DNA of 32,000 nt from Candidatus Saccharimonadota bacterium (lineage in GTDB: Bacteria > Patescibacteriota > Patescibacteriia > 2-12-FULL-60-25). Location: NCBI GenBank assembly GCA_016699205.1, contig CP064964.1:630001-662000 (forward strand), written 5' to 3'. Numbering within the stretch: position 1 is the first letter of the stretch; each line of letters begins with the position of its first letter. A program made the position numbers and the translations under genes. Of this stretch, positions 1-8,604 are shown in pieces. The notes beneath the pieces were generated by a model. That model did not search any database and was not told where the DNA came from. It was given only the letters and a program-made list of their open reading frames with translations.

Positions 1-164
1 GTGGCACTCGGCGGCGAGCGGGCATCGAGCGTGTCGAATGTCCTCGTACTTCCGCCGTCGCGACGACGACTGAAGCTCTCGCCGCCTTTGGCGCATCCGG
101 CGATTGCGGGCCAAAGAAAGATGAAGTTGAAACTGACCAAGAGATAGATGAACCATCGACGCAT
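1..164 (-). CDS. putative lipoprotein; downstream (C-terminal) part cut off by window edge
   Basis: Own minus-strand translation. The ATG at 164-162 is preceded by GGGAGG with a 5-nt spacer. MRRWFIYLLVSFNFIFLWPAIAGCAKGGES... is a hydrophobic signal region followed by a lipobox-like IAG|C. It is absent from the ORF track because it runs off the window. Confidence 0.4.
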   Translation of the reverse strand, partial: MRRWFIYLLVSFNFIFLWPAIAGCAKGGESFSRRRDGGSTRTFDTLDARSPPSA

Positions 165-538
165 GGGAACCTCCCGACCGCACCCAACACTCATTGTAGG
201 CACGGCCGGGGATTACCCGGCGCAGAATCTCGACCGGAACAGGAGGTAGTTGGTCGTCCTACCAGCATCGAGTCAGGCGCGGCACGACCACTGATGAGTC
301 AGAGTCATTTTGCCCGCCCAACCCAACACTCCCCGTCCGGCAACGCACATTGTCCAACCAGCCTTTCGGCATGACCTAGAACCGCAAGCATGGAACGGTC
401 CGGATCATGGACACCACTCGGGCCGGTTATTTCCCGAGCGCATCCCTCAACCAGCAATGCACTGTTCTTGTTCCGACGTTCGGAACTTGTGAATGTCCGC
501 GACACATACGGGCTTTTGACTCCCTCGTGTCTGATTCC

Positions 539-567
539 AGAATAGGAATTGACGATAGGCGCGTCAA
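539..567 (-). promoter_or_regulatory. sigma70-like promoter candidate (TTGACG-N17-TATTCT)
   Basis: Minus strand: TTGACG (567-562), 17-nt spacer, TATTCT (544-539). It would give a ~370-nt GC-rich leader before the ATG at 164. Confidence 0.3.
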
Positions 568-716
568 AAAAGTTGTTTGTCTTTTTTGACATAACATTTC
601 TTCATGTAAAAATCTTGCAGACATTAAGAGCCGGTCTCTCTATTGATATTGTTTATCGATTAAAACATCCCGCATGCGCTGACAGAATTGAAATTTGGGT
701 TGTGGATTGTTTTATT

Positions 717-1883
717 TTAACGACGCGTGGATAACTTTTTCCATGCCCACCAAATAACGATGTAACAACCGATCATGAACCATGGAGTTACACCTAAACC
801 CGACCAAGAACCCCAACCGATATTCTCGGCGGTCGTTGCGATCCATAGCAGTGCGGATAAAAATCCTTGGGCTGGGAGCGTGAATGGCGAGGATGGTATT
901 GCGAGCGCGATGAGACCGCTGCCCATCGCCCACGGGATGAGAGGGATGGCAAAAAGATTGGTGATGATGCCAACGACGGTCGCTTGTCCAAAAGCCCAAG
1001 CGGCGTATGGCGTCGTCATTAACGTAGCAGCGAGCGTGGTTGAGACGCCCTCGCGAATACCATCCCAAGGAATCTTCTTTTCAAAATACTCGTCAAAGCG
1101 TTGGCCCCAAGTCATGAGGCCAAGGGTTGCCAGGAATGAAAGTGCGAAAGAGGGATCGTAAACGAGCGACCACGGCTTCCATGCAGCAAAGATCGAAGCA
1201 GCTACGAGTAACAGACGTTTCGTTGATGGTAGTCGGCCAACGACGGGGGCAAGTGCTACCAGCCAACCCATAATTGCCGCGCGTACTACGGGTGCTTGAG
1301 GCGCGACGAGCCAGACAAAGGCGATCAGAACACCCGTTAAAAGTAAAAAGGCTTTTCTGCGTGAAAGATGAAATAGATTAAAGAGCTGCATCGCGGCCAT
1401 GACAACAATCATTACGTTGGAACCCGAGACAGCGACGAGATGCGTCATGCCGGCCGTGCGGAATGCATCGCGTGATTCTTTGGTGAGACTTCTTTCTCCG
1501 TAGAGAATTCCCGCGAGGAGAGCGCCTTCATCGCCGGGCAAGCCTTGGCGAATGCGGCCTGAGAGATAGTCACGGTAGGGATTTGGGGCATTGCGCGTGT
1601 AAGCAAAGCCGCTTGGATCGAGGAAGCGGAGGTTGGGCGGAATTGATGAAGATTCAAAACGCCAAAGACCTAACAAGAAAGCGAGCGTGACGAGAAAGAC
1701 GTAACGAAAAATGGATTTTGATAAAAGGAGAGCGATGAATAACGCTAGAGCAGAAGCGATCGAGAGATATTGCATGCCGATGGATGCGTAGGGCCATGGG
1801 CTATGGATAGCGATGCCTAAAAGAAATGCGGCAAAAAGCCACCCGGAGAATTTCCAGAATGAAATCGGCTTGATCGCGCTCAC
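717..1883 (-). CDS. comEC: ComEC/Rec2-family competence membrane protein (short form, competence domain only)
   Basis: 388-aa polytopic membrane ORF. The segment ...FRTAGMTHLVAVSGSNVMIVV... resembles the ComEC competence-domain signature. GTG start with GGAG 6 nt upstream. Confidence 0.8.
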   Translation of the reverse strand: MSAIKPISFWKFSGWLFAAFLLGIAIHSPWPYASIGMQYLSIASALALFIALLLSKSIFRYVFLVTLAFLLGLWRFESSSIPPNLRFLDPSGFAYTRNAPNPYRDYLSGRIRQGLPGDEGALLAGILYGERSLTKESRDAFRTAGMTHLVAVSGSNVMIVVMAAMQLFNLFHLSRRKAFLLLTGVLIAFVWLVAPQAPVVRAAIMGWLVALAPVVGRLPSTKRLLLVAASIFAAWKPWSLVYDPSFALSFLATLGLMTWGQRFDEYFEKKIPWDGIREGVSTTLAATLMTTPYAAWAFGQATVVGIITNLFAIPLIPWAMGSGLIALAIPSSPFTLPAQGFLSALLWIATTAENIGWGSWSGLGVTPWFMIGCYIVIWWAWKKLSTRR

Positions 1884-1923
1884 TCTCTACTCCGTTCCAC
1901 GGAACGTTCGGCTCTGTCAATCC

Positions 1924-3006
1924 TTATGCTCCGATTCTGAAATAGCAAACATCGCCATCCTGCATGATGTAGTCTTTTCCTTCGATGCGCGTCTTTCCCT
2001 TTTCACGGCAACCGGCTTCTCCACCAAATTCCACGTAGTCCGTATACGGCGTGATTTCTGCGCGGATGAAATTCTTTTCAAAGTCGGTGTGAATGACGCC
2101 AGCGGCTTGAGGAGCGGTTGATCCTTTTTTGGTGGTCCAGGCGCGTGTTTCAACTTCACCTGTGGTCAGGAATGTGATGAGACCGAGGACATCGTAGGCT
2201 TCTTGGATCAGTTTGTTCAAGCCGCTCTGGGTTTGGCCGGCCATTTCCAAATATTCTTTTTTCTCGTCGTCGGACATGGTGGAGAGGTCTGCTTCCATCT
2301 TGATACAGACAGGAACGATGCGGCCTTTCAGGTCTTTGACGCGTTCTTTCCAAGAACCATCGCCAAGCTGAGCTTCACTGACGTTTACGACGTACAACAT
2401 CGGTTTCATCGTGAGAAGCTGAAGGACACGCAAAGAGAAGCGCTCGTCATCGGTCCACTCGACATCGCGGAGCATGGTGCCGGCGTTCAAGTTCTGGATC
2501 GCTTTGGCGACAGCAGTGCCTTCTGCTTCCAACTCTTTGGTTTTGCCGCTCTTCATCTGCTTCTCGATGGTACCGGAGCGTTTGGTGAGAACATCCAAGT
2601 CAGCGAGGGCGAGCTCGGTATTGATCGTGTCGGCATCGCGCAGAGGGTTGATGGAGCCGTCGACGTGAAGAATATTAGAATCTTCAAATGCGCGGACAAC
2701 CTGGGCGATGGCGTCGGTCTCGCGAATGTTGGCGAGGAATTTGTTGCCGAGGCCTTGGCCTTCGGAAGCTCCCTTTACGAGACCGGCGATATCGACGAAT
2801 TCGATCACGGTCGGAATCAGTTTGGCGCTGCCGCTCATCTTGGACAGGACAGCGAGGCGTTCATCCGGAACTTCAACGACGCCGACGTTTGGATCGATCG
2901 TGCAGAACGGATAGTTGGCGCAGTCGACCTGCTTTTTGGTGATCGCAGAAAACAGCGTGGATTTGCCCACGTTTGGAAGACCGACGATGCCGATTTGGAG
3001 AGCCAT
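1924..3006 (-). CDS. ychF: ribosome-binding ATPase YchF (Obg-like GTPase family)
   Basis: [23 protein letters not shown] (P-loop), ...[20 protein letters not shown]..., and a C-terminal TGS-like ...[16 protein letters not shown] place the start at the internal ATG (3006), giving the canonical [10 protein letters not shown]-terminus. The track ORF starts 13 codons further upstream, at 3045. Confidence 0.95.
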   Translation of the reverse strand: MALQIGIVGLPNVGKSTLFSAITKKQVDCANYPFCTIDPNVGVVEVPDERLAVLSKMSGSAKLIPTVIEFVDIAGLVKGASEGQGLGNKFLANIRETDAIAQVVRAFEDSNILHVDGSINPLRDADTINTELALADLDVLTKRSGTIEKQMKSGKTKELEAEGTAVAKAIQNLNAGTMLRDVEWTDDERFSLRVLQLLTMKPMLYVVNVSEAQLGDGSWKERVKDLKGRIVPVCIKMEADLSTMSDDEKKEYLEMAGQTQSGLNKLIQEAYDVLGLITFLTTGEVETRAWTTKKGSTAPQAAGVIHTDFEKNFIRAEITPYTDYVEFGGEAGCREKGKTRIEGKDYIMQDGDVCYFRIGA

Positions 3007-3048
3007 ATTTGCGCGGAGAATAAAGGAGAACAGGGAAATGTGCAAGGG

Positions 3049-3076
3049 TTGACTTGTCCTTAATATAATGTAGGTT
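3049..3076 (+). promoter_or_regulatory. promoter candidate TTGACT-N16-TAGGTT
   Basis: AGGGTTGACT...GTAGGTTGGAGG closely parallels the tig upstream block AGGGTTGACG...GTAGGTTCGAGG. Confidence 0.35.
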
Positions 3077-3100
3077 GGAGGCGCACCTTAGGAGGTCGCT

Positions 3101-3520
3101 ATGAGCGATGTTCCGCTGCTACTCCCGCAAGTGACGGTTCACCGAGGGATGTTCTGGTTTCGAGATAACGAGAGCGTCTGCTACTCGATCTCGCCCGAAA
3201 CAGCGCATGAGATCGTCTTTCATTGGCCGCTTCTACCCAACTCCATGAGGGAAGGCCAGCTCACGTTTACCGTCGGACCGTATCGCGTAACCAAGCGTCT
3301 CACGGCCAGCGTCGAGCTGCCACTGCGTACGTCCTATCAAGGAACGCGCGGCGTGATGGTCTCGATCGAGTGGATTGCACGCATGCAGCCGCTACTCGAG
3401 TACGCCTACCGAATTCATCAGCATGATCCGAACGACTCGTTCACGATCGTGTTTGGCGAAGAGGGTCGGTCTACGCGCGTCGAGCCTGATCGACAATCCA
3501 TTCCACCGCAGAAGGAGTAG
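3101..3520 (+). CDS. hypothetical protein (orphan, GC-rich island)
   Basis: 139-aa ORF with a strong SD (TAGGAGGtcgctATG). First gene of a tightly packed three-gene unit. No family recognised. Confidence 0.7.
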   Translation: MSDVPLLLPQVTVHRGMFWFRDNESVCYSISPETAHEIVFHWPLLPNSMREGQLTFTVGPYRVTKRLTASVELPLRTSYQGTRGVMVSIEWIARMQPLLEYAYRIHQHDPNDSFTIVFGEEGRSTRVEPDRQSIPPQKE

Positions 3521-3523
3521 AAG

Positions 3524-4066
3524 ATGCCGGCTCTGCTTTCAATTGATGCCTGCATCGTGGTTCGCGGCGTCAAGCCTATCGGATTCCACGGCGCGTATCG
3601 AGATCCGTCGAGCGTATGCGAAGTCTGGATTCGCGACAGCTACGCGGGTGTCGAGAATTGCTGGCACCAGTATTACGCCGATCAGACCATCGACCTTCTC
3701 AACGATCTTGCGAAGATCAACTTCTCGATCGACGAGCGCGATGAGATGATTGGCGCGGTCAGACATACGAGCCAACGCGAGCACTCTGTGACTCTGACCG
3801 GGCATTCGGTTCCGCAAATCGGCGTGGATTGGGAGATTAGCCTCGGGAGTTTTTGGGACAATTTCCCTTTTCTCGAGGCGGCAGAGAATCTCAAGCGGCT
3901 CTCCAAGAGCATCGAGCCGAACCAAATCATACCGATTCACCCGGTGAACAATCCGCCCGCTCTTGCCCAGCAGCTTCAGGAGTACCGCGCGCGCTGGCAG
4001 GACAACCTCAATCGTCCAACCCACACGTATCTCCCGATCCACATCAACCGACCGGAGGAGAAATGA
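3524..4066 (+). CDS. hypothetical protein (orphan, GC-rich island)
   Basis: 180-aa ORF. Its ATG lies 3 nt after the upstream stop, and its SD (GAAGGAG) overlaps that stop. No family recognised. Confidence 0.7.
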   Translation: MPALLSIDACIVVRGVKPIGFHGAYRDPSSVCEVWIRDSYAGVENCWHQYYADQTIDLLNDLAKINFSIDERDEMIGAVRHTSQREHSVTLTGHSVPQIGVDWEISLGSFWDNFPFLEAAENLKRLSKSIEPNQIIPIHPVNNPPALAQQLQEYRARWQDNLNRPTHTYLPIHINRPEEK

Positions 4067-4269
4067 CTCGTACCGTGATCTTTGTTGCCGTCCTGCTCAT
4101 GCTCGCACCGACCGAGATCAAGGAGCGCGCAGCCGACATACGCCGCAAGTCCGCGGAGATGCGTGAGCGCTTCTGGCGTAAGTACGACGCCGCCGCGAAT
4201 CACGCGATCGATCGCCTCGAAGACTTGGGCGTCATTCGCACCAAGGACTACGGGACTAGCAAGTCCTAA
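4063..4269 (+). CDS. small hypothetical protein with N-terminal hydrophobic segment
   Basis: MTRTVIFVAVLLMLAPTEIKERAADIRRKSAEMRERFW... The ATG overlaps the upstream stop (ATGA at 4063-4066), with SD GGAGGAG just upstream. The track ORF 3853..4269 has an implausible N-terminal extension that overlaps the previous gene. Confidence 0.55.
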   Translation: MTRTVIFVAVLLMLAPTEIKERAADIRRKSAEMRERFWRKYDAAANHAIDRLEDLGVIRTKDYGTSKS

Positions 4270-4278
4270 AACTGCCTG

Positions 4279-4315
4279 CGCCGACCCGGAATCACCGGGT
4301 CGGCGTTTCGTATTT
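4279..4315 (+). terminator. intrinsic terminator
   Basis: CGCCGACCCGG-aatca-CCGGGTCGGCG stem-loop followed by tttcgtattt. Confidence 0.7.
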
Positions 4316-4322
4316 ACGAGGG

Positions 4323-4351
4323 TTGACGTGATCGACGAAAACGCGTAGGTT
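4323..4351 (+). promoter_or_regulatory. promoter candidate TTGACG-N17-TAGGTT (tig)
   Basis: Correct spacing. It lies about 15 nt upstream of the tig ATG, implying a very short leader without an SD. Confidence 0.4.
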
Positions 4352-4365
4352 CGAGGCCTATATAT

Positions 4366-5649
4366 ATGTATACGGTAACCAAACTCCCTAAGTCGGAGGC
4401 CAAAATCGAATTTGAAGTTACGTGGGAAGAGTCTGCCCCCTATCGCGAAGAAGCGGTGGTCGAGATTTCCACGGCCAAACCAATGCCGGGATTCCGTCCA
4501 GGCAAAGCTACCTATGCCGATGTTTCACGCATGGTTGGCGAGATGAAGATTCTTGAGATGGCGCTCGAGCGTATCGTGCGCGCTTATTACGTGAAGGCTG
4601 TTATCGCCGAGAAGCTTGAGACGGTTGGTTCCCCGGCTGTTTCTGTTGATCAGCTCACGGCTGGCCAGTCCATCAAATTTACGACGATCTCTCCTGTTGC
4701 ACCGGAAGTCACCAAAATGCCGGTCATCAAAGACTGCGCTGTTGAGAAGAAGACCAAGCAGGCCACGGACAAGGAAGTTGAGGATGCGGTCGATGAAATG
4801 CGCAAAATGCGCCGCACCGAGGTTCTCGTAGACCGCGCTGCGACCATGGATGACTTGGTGATCGTTGATATGGAGATGTCGCGTGATCATGTTGCGCTTG
4901 AGGGCGGCACGGGACGTGATTACCGTGTTTACTTGTCGGAACCGCAATATATCCCTGGGTTGACGCAAAAACTCGAGGGTATCAAGGCTGGCGAGGAGCG
5001 TACGTTTGCTCTCCCTTTCCCTGAGGAATATTTCCAGAAGCATTTGGCAGGCAAGGATGTCGACTTCAAGGTGAAGGCCAATTCCGTGCATGAGTTGAAG
5101 ATGCCGGAAGTGAATGACGAGTTTGCCAAGGGTATCGGTATCGAGACCATGGATGAGCTGCGCAAGAAACTTCAGGAGAACATGCAGAAGGAAATGGATC
5201 AGCGAAGTTCCGACGCGGCCGAGATCGAGATGTTGGAAAAACTTGTTGCACAAGCGAGCTTCTCGGAAGTTCCGGAAATTTTGATCAATGAGGAAGTGCG
5301 CCGCATGCAGCATGAGCTGCAGCACAGCATCGAGGAGCAAGGAATGAAATGGGATGATTATCTTTCGTCCATCAAAAAGACGGAAGCTGATCTCAAACTC
5401 GACTTTGTGAAGCAGGCGATCCGCCGCATTCAAACGGCTGTGCTCATCAAAGCGTTTGCCAAGAAGAATGATATCGATGTCGCGGATGAAGAAGTGGATG
5501 CCGAGATCGACCGCATTCTTGAAAACTTGCCAGCAGAGCAAGAAGAATCGCGCGCGCATGTCTCAAGTCCGGACTATCGCGACTACGTAAAAGTCACGAT
5601 GCGCAACCGCCGAACCTTGGAATGGCTGCGAACGGAGTGTATTAAATAA
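4366..5649 (+). CDS. tig: trigger factor
   Basis: 427 aa. N-terminal ...MPGFRPGKATYADV... (ribosome-binding-domain style GFRxGK motif), a central FKBP-like region, and a C-terminal helical arm rich in E/K. Confidence 0.9.
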   Translation: MYTVTKLPKSEAKIEFEVTWEESAPYREEAVVEISTAKPMPGFRPGKATYADVSRMVGEMKILEMALERIVRAYYVKAVIAEKLETVGSPAVSVDQLTAGQSIKFTTISPVAPEVTKMPVIKDCAVEKKTKQATDKEVEDAVDEMRKMRRTEVLVDRAATMDDLVIVDMEMSRDHVALEGGTGRDYRVYLSEPQYIPGLTQKLEGIKAGEERTFALPFPEEYFQKHLAGKDVDFKVKANSVHELKMPEVNDEFAKGIGIETMDELRKKLQENMQKEMDQRSSDAAEIEMLEKLVAQASFSEVPEILINEEVRRMQHELQHSIEEQGMKWDDYLSSIKKTEADLKLDFVKQAIRRIQTAVLIKAFAKKNDIDVADEEVDAEIDRILENLPAEQEESRAHVSSPDYRDYVKVTMRNRRTLEWLRTECIK

Positions 5650-5655
5650 ACGAGA

Positions 5656-5682
5656 AACGCCCCCGTGAGAAACGGGGGCGTT
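5656..5682. terminator. bidirectional intrinsic terminator between convergent genes
   Basis: AACGCCCCCG-tgagaaa-CGGGGGCGTT, with T-rich flanks on both strands. Confidence 0.7.
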
Positions 5683-5689
5683 CTTGTAG

Positions 5690-6394
5690 TCAGCCGCGGT
5701 TCAGCCGGTCTGCCAGCGAGATGATGTTCGGATGCTTGCGTCGATTCTTCTCGGCCTTGTACATGCGAATGAGCTCGTCCTTTGCACCGTTGAGACAGTG
5801 CTCGCTGTAGCAAAGCTTTCCTTCGCTATCGTGCGAGAACATGTAGACCCCACTCTGGGCGGACCACTGGTTGTAGCCACCGAGGCGAGGCGCATCGACT
5901 TGATACGGGGACTCCATGCGGAGCGCGTAGTAGCGTCCGTCCCCGCTGAGGATCTTGCCTCGCAGGATCTGACCATCGTGCTCCACGGTGACCTCGACGT
6001 TCGAGTTCTCACAGAAGCGATCGTGTTCGTCGATCTGCTTCTTGATGGGGTCGAGTTTCGCGTTCTTGCGTGCTTCGACGTGAAGCTTGATCGCTTCCTC
6101 GCCCTGCTTCTGGACATCCGTGGGGATCCTCCCGATGTAACCCCACTTACGACCGCGGTACTCGGACTTGAACCAGAAGTAGAGTCGACCGTCGTGCTCC
6201 GCGAAGGCGGGGTTCCTCTCGAGCGAGTCAATGTCGCCTTGAGAGCCCTTGCCTTTTTCACGGATGCCACGGCAGGCCTCCCACCTGAGTTTATTTTCGA
6301 CCTCGTCGAGATCGACATCCGACGTGAATTCATCCGTGTGGTAGTGATCCACGAGATCCTGCTCCAGATCGATCGGCTGCGGGTTGTCCATCAT
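5690..6394 (-). CDS. hypothetical protein (orphan, GC-rich island)
   Basis: 234-aa ORF with SD GAAAGGAG before a tandem ATG ATG (the start may be 6391). Flanked by terminators. Two other long ORFs overlap it in other frames or on the other strand but have junk-like composition. Confidence 0.7.
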   Translation of the reverse strand: MMDNPQPIDLEQDLVDHYHTDEFTSDVDLDEVENKLRWEACRGIREKGKGSQGDIDSLERNPAFAEHDGRLYFWFKSEYRGRKWGYIGRIPTDVQKQGEEAIKLHVEARKNAKLDPIKKQIDEHDRFCENSNVEVTVEHDGQILRGKILSGDGRYYALRMESPYQVDAPRLGGYNQWSAQSGVYMFSHDSEGKLCYSEHCLNGAKDELIRMYKAEKNRRKHPNIISLADRLNRG

Positions 6395-6418
6395 CGTCTC
6401 CTTTCAAAGTACAATGTG

Positions 6419-6447
6419 GCTTTACCAGAATAATATTGTTTTGTCAA
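6419..6447 (-). promoter_or_regulatory. promoter candidate TTGACA-N17-TAAAGC
   Basis: Minus strand: TTGACA (6447-6442), 17 nt, TAAAGC (6424-6419). This block can be aligned with the one at 7280-7308. Confidence 0.4.
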
Positions 6448-6480
6448 TGGTCTAGTGAAGTGATCGCTTGTAAAAATACT

Positions 6481-6517
6481 GACAAATGAAAACGCCGTTC
6501 GCAGATGCGAACGGCGT
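6481..6517 (-). terminator. intrinsic terminator
   Basis: ACGCCGTTCGC/GCGAACGGCGT hairpin (6492-6517) followed on the minus strand by tttcatttg. Confidence 0.7.
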
Positions 6518-6536
6518 CAGCTTCTCCTCGGCGGAG

Positions 6537-7250
6537 TCACTTGATCGAGGGAGCTGCGCAACCCCGACGCGGAAAGGGAGGGTCATCGACATCCAAAAGA
6601 GTAGTGCCGTCGGATGAATGGTGGTCTACGACCGGAGCATAGTTTCTCGGACGCAGATACTCAGGCAGGCTTTGATCGCTTTCCTCGCGCACAGGACTCA
6701 TCACGTATCCCGCGAGGTAGAACGGATACAGCGTCTTGCGGTCGATGGCGCGGATCCGTTCAGGAACCAGCCAAGAGAGCACAAGACCTTCGTCCGCAAT
6801 GGACTTCGGGCCGCACAGGTTCTCGAAGGAGAAGGCACGGATCGATTCGTCCCTCAGAGGCGACGACAGGTTAGGGATCACGACCCACTCAATGATGGGC
6901 TCGTGGGTTCCGTCACCGTTCAGAAGACGAAATCTATCGATGTGTCCCCCGCGCTTGTCCGTCCGTGCGCCCAGCCTACGGTCGAACTTGGGTCCATGAA
7001 CCCGCTTCATGGCCTCGGCATGCGCTTCGAAGGTCTGGATCATGCCCTCGCGGCCCTTGCCGAAGCGGACACGAAACGATCGGAAAGCGTCACGTCCCCG
7101 GGGCCAGTTGGGAGCGGTTGCAGCGAGGCGCTCGAAGACATCGGAGTGGATACCCCAATTCCCAAGCTCGCACTGTTCTCGCAAGCGCTTGATTTGAATC
7201 TCAAGAGACTGCTTGAACGGGTTCCTGCTCTTTGCGTGCTCAGCACTCAT
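6537..7250 (-). CDS. hypothetical protein (orphan, GC-rich island)
   Basis: The ORF track starts it at GTG 7256. The ATG at 7250 has a better SD context (AAGGAtgtggtaATG). No family recognised. Confidence 0.7.
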   Translation of the reverse strand: MSAEHAKSRNPFKQSLEIQIKRLREQCELGNWGIHSDVFERLAATAPNWPRGRDAFRSFRVRFGKGREGMIQTFEAHAEAMKRVHGPKFDRRLGARTDKRGGHIDRFRLLNGDGTHEPIIEWVVIPNLSSPLRDESIRAFSFENLCGPKSIADEGLVLSWLVPERIRAIDRKTLYPFYLAGYVMSPVREESDQSLPEYLRPRNYAPVVDHHSSDGTTLLDVDDPPFPRRGCAAPSIK

Positions 7251-7279
7251 TACCACATCCTTTCAAGGAACATTTGTAG

Positions 7280-7308
7280 GCTATATCAGAATATTGCGAT
7301 TCTGTCAA
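7280..7308 (-). promoter_or_regulatory. promoter candidate TTGACA-N17-TATAGC
   Basis: Minus strand: TTGACA (7308-7303), 17 nt, TATAGC (7285-7280). Confidence 0.4.
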
Positions 7309-7361
7309 CGGTCGTCGGTAGAGCGATATTAAAAAACTCCTGTTTTTGCTATCATTCATTT

Positions 7362-7628
7362 ATGTACACACTAAGTGTTCTTGTTGTGCCGAATGCTTCC
7401 GTGACGGAAATTGTCGGGATGCATGATGGGGCTTTGAAGATCCGTTTGGCTGCGCCGCCTGTTGATGGGAAGGCGAATGAAGAGCTGTTGCGTTTTTTGG
7501 CGAAATATTTTGATCTTGCTCCATCGGAAATCGACATTGCAAAGGGCGCGAGTGGAAAACGCAAACGAATTTCTATTCCCCTGCCAGAGGAAGATGTGAA
7601 AGCGATGCTTAAAATTTACGAAACGTGA
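7362..7628 (+). CDS. yggU: DUF167 (YggU-like) family protein
   Basis: [50 protein letters not shown]... The motif PxxGKAN-EL is typical of DUF167. It is the 3' portion of track ORF 6618..7628, whose upstream part is antisense to the previous gene. Confidence 0.8.
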   Translation: MYTLSVLVVPNASVTEIVGMHDGALKIRLAAPPVDGKANEELLRFLAKYFDLAPSEIDIAKGASGKRKRISIPLPEEDVKAMLKIYET

Positions 7629-7867
7629 TCGATGCCGCCGTGGCTCCAGGGATTGCATCGTAATATTCTTTTCCAGCCGATCCAAGAGCCTTTGATCAGT
7701 CCGTACTTTCCGATGGCGTCGTATGTGTACTGCGAACAAGTCGGGTGAAATTTACAAACACGGTACGGAAATAAATCCCGGAAGGGGCCGTGGTCGGGTG
7801 AGAGCGTTTTTTGATAGAGACGGATCATGAGCTGACCCGAGCGTCGTGGAAGATGCGTGATCTTCAT
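7616..7867 (-). CDS. yidD: membrane protein insertion efficiency factor YidD
   Basis: ...[45 protein letters not shown] is the YidD signature. Its start overlaps the rnpA stop by 4 nt. Confidence 0.9.
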   Translation of the reverse strand: MKITHLPRRSGQLMIRLYQKTLSPDHGPFRDLFPYRVCKFHPTCSQYTYDAIGKYGLIKGSWIGWKRILRCNPWSHGGIDHVS

Positions 7868-8271
7868 GTTTCATTTTTGAAAACGACGGAAGATTTTTTA
7901 CGCGCTTTTGGTTTGCGAGGAGCGGGAGGCTTTTGCATGGCTTCCGGAATTTTTTCAAATGATCGACGGACCATCGTTTCAAGTTCTTTGAAGTCGGCCT
8001 TGAGGAGTTCCAATTTCAGGATGAAAAGGAGGTCCATGTTTTTGGGCCACTCGGATTTGAGGAGGCGGAGCACCTCGCGCATGCGGCGTTTCCCACGATT
8101 GCGTGCGACGGCTGTCTTAAAAACCTTGGATGAAGTGACAAAACCGACCTTGGTTGGTGTTTGGCTCGCGCGGATGCGCAATGCGTAGAAAGGACTATAA
8201 ACAACCCGCCCTTTTTGCGAGAGCAGAGCGAAATCTTTGGCTCGGCGGAGGCGTTCGTTTTTGGGCAACAT
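7864..8271 (-). CDS. rnpA: ribonuclease P protein component
   Basis: MLPKNERLRRAKDFALLSQKGRVV...FVTSSKVFKTAVARNRGKRRMRE is the RnpA RNR-type motif. Classic rpmH-rnpA-yidD order. Confidence 0.9.
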   Translation of the reverse strand: MLPKNERLRRAKDFALLSQKGRVVYSPFYALRIRASQTPTKVGFVTSSKVFKTAVARNRGKRRMREVLRLLKSEWPKNMDLLFILKLELLKADFKELETMVRRSFEKIPEAMQKPPAPRKPKARKKSSVVFKNET

Positions 8272-8312
8272 ATGAAAAGACGAGGGTTTCCCCTCGCCTA
8301 TTCTACCGCTCT

Positions 8313-8480
8313 TTAGCGGCGGGAGCGCTTAACGACGGTTTTGATCGCCGAGACGCGGCGGCCCTTTTTGCGGCGGCGCGAGAGGACTTCACGGCCGTTC
8401 TTGGTGCTCATACGAGCACGAAAACCGTGCACCTTTGCTCTGCGGCGCTTTTTGGGCTGATAGGTTCGCTTGGTTGCCAT
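8313..8480 (-). CDS. rpmH: 50S ribosomal protein L34
   Basis: Own translation (too short for the ORF track): [55 protein letters not shown]. Confidence 0.9.
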   Translation of the reverse strand: MATKRTYQPKKRRRAKVHGFRARMSTKNGREVLSRRRKKGRRVSAIKTVVKRSRR

Positions 8481-8550
8481 ATAATTGGTGACCCGCCAAA
8501 GATACAGGATTCCGCAGAAATTGGCAAGTATTCACCCCTTTGCTCACTTT

Positions 8551-8591
8551 TTCTCCACAGGTTTGACATAGTTATGCACAGTTGGAATGAT
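8551..8591 (+). promoter_or_regulatory. dnaA promoter candidate with two DnaA-box-like sites
   Basis: TTCTCCACA (8551-8559) and TTATGCACA (8572-8580) each match 8/9 of TTATCCACA. TTGACA (8563-8568)-N17-AATGAT (8586-8591). Confidence 0.45.
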
Positions 8592-8604
8592 CGTCGTAAT
8601 TTCT

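Noticed and set aside
283-305. CTGATGAG (the hammerhead ribozyme core motif) next to a tandem GAGTCA GAGTCA.
   Set aside because: There is no accompanying GAAA core element, no stem II/III complementarity and no cleavage-site context. It is most likely a chance match.
305-592. 95-aa minus-strand ORF in the GC-rich leader region.
   Set aside because: It has no SD, its 5' end would contain the best promoter candidate, and its sequence has no recognisable features. I kept it only as a caveat in the leader-region finding.
2203-3063. 286-aa plus-strand ORF opposite ychF.
   Set aside because: It is entirely antisense to a confidently identified YchF gene and has no recognisable motifs.
3853-4062. 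N-terminal 70 codons of track ORF 3853-4269.
   Set aside because: This part overlaps the 3524-4066 gene in another frame and is P/S/G/R-rich. The internal ATG at 4063, with a GGAGGAG SD and an ATGA overlap, is the plausible start.
4525-5559. 344-aa minus-strand ORF opposite tig.
   Set aside because: It is antisense to trigger factor and has the L/R/H-rich composition typical of shadow ORFs.
5701-6433. Two additional long ORFs overlapping the 5690-6394 gene (5701-6333 on the minus strand, 5732-6433 on the plus strand).
   Set aside because: Overlapping open frames are expected in GC-rich DNA. Only the 5690-6394 frame has an SD, balanced amino-acid composition and a correctly placed terminator.
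6618-7628. 336-aa plus-strand ORF.
   Set aside because: It is a chimera. The first ~250 codons are antisense to the 6537-7250 gene and cross its promoter region. Only the last 88 codons (7362-7628) form the recognisable DUF167 protein.
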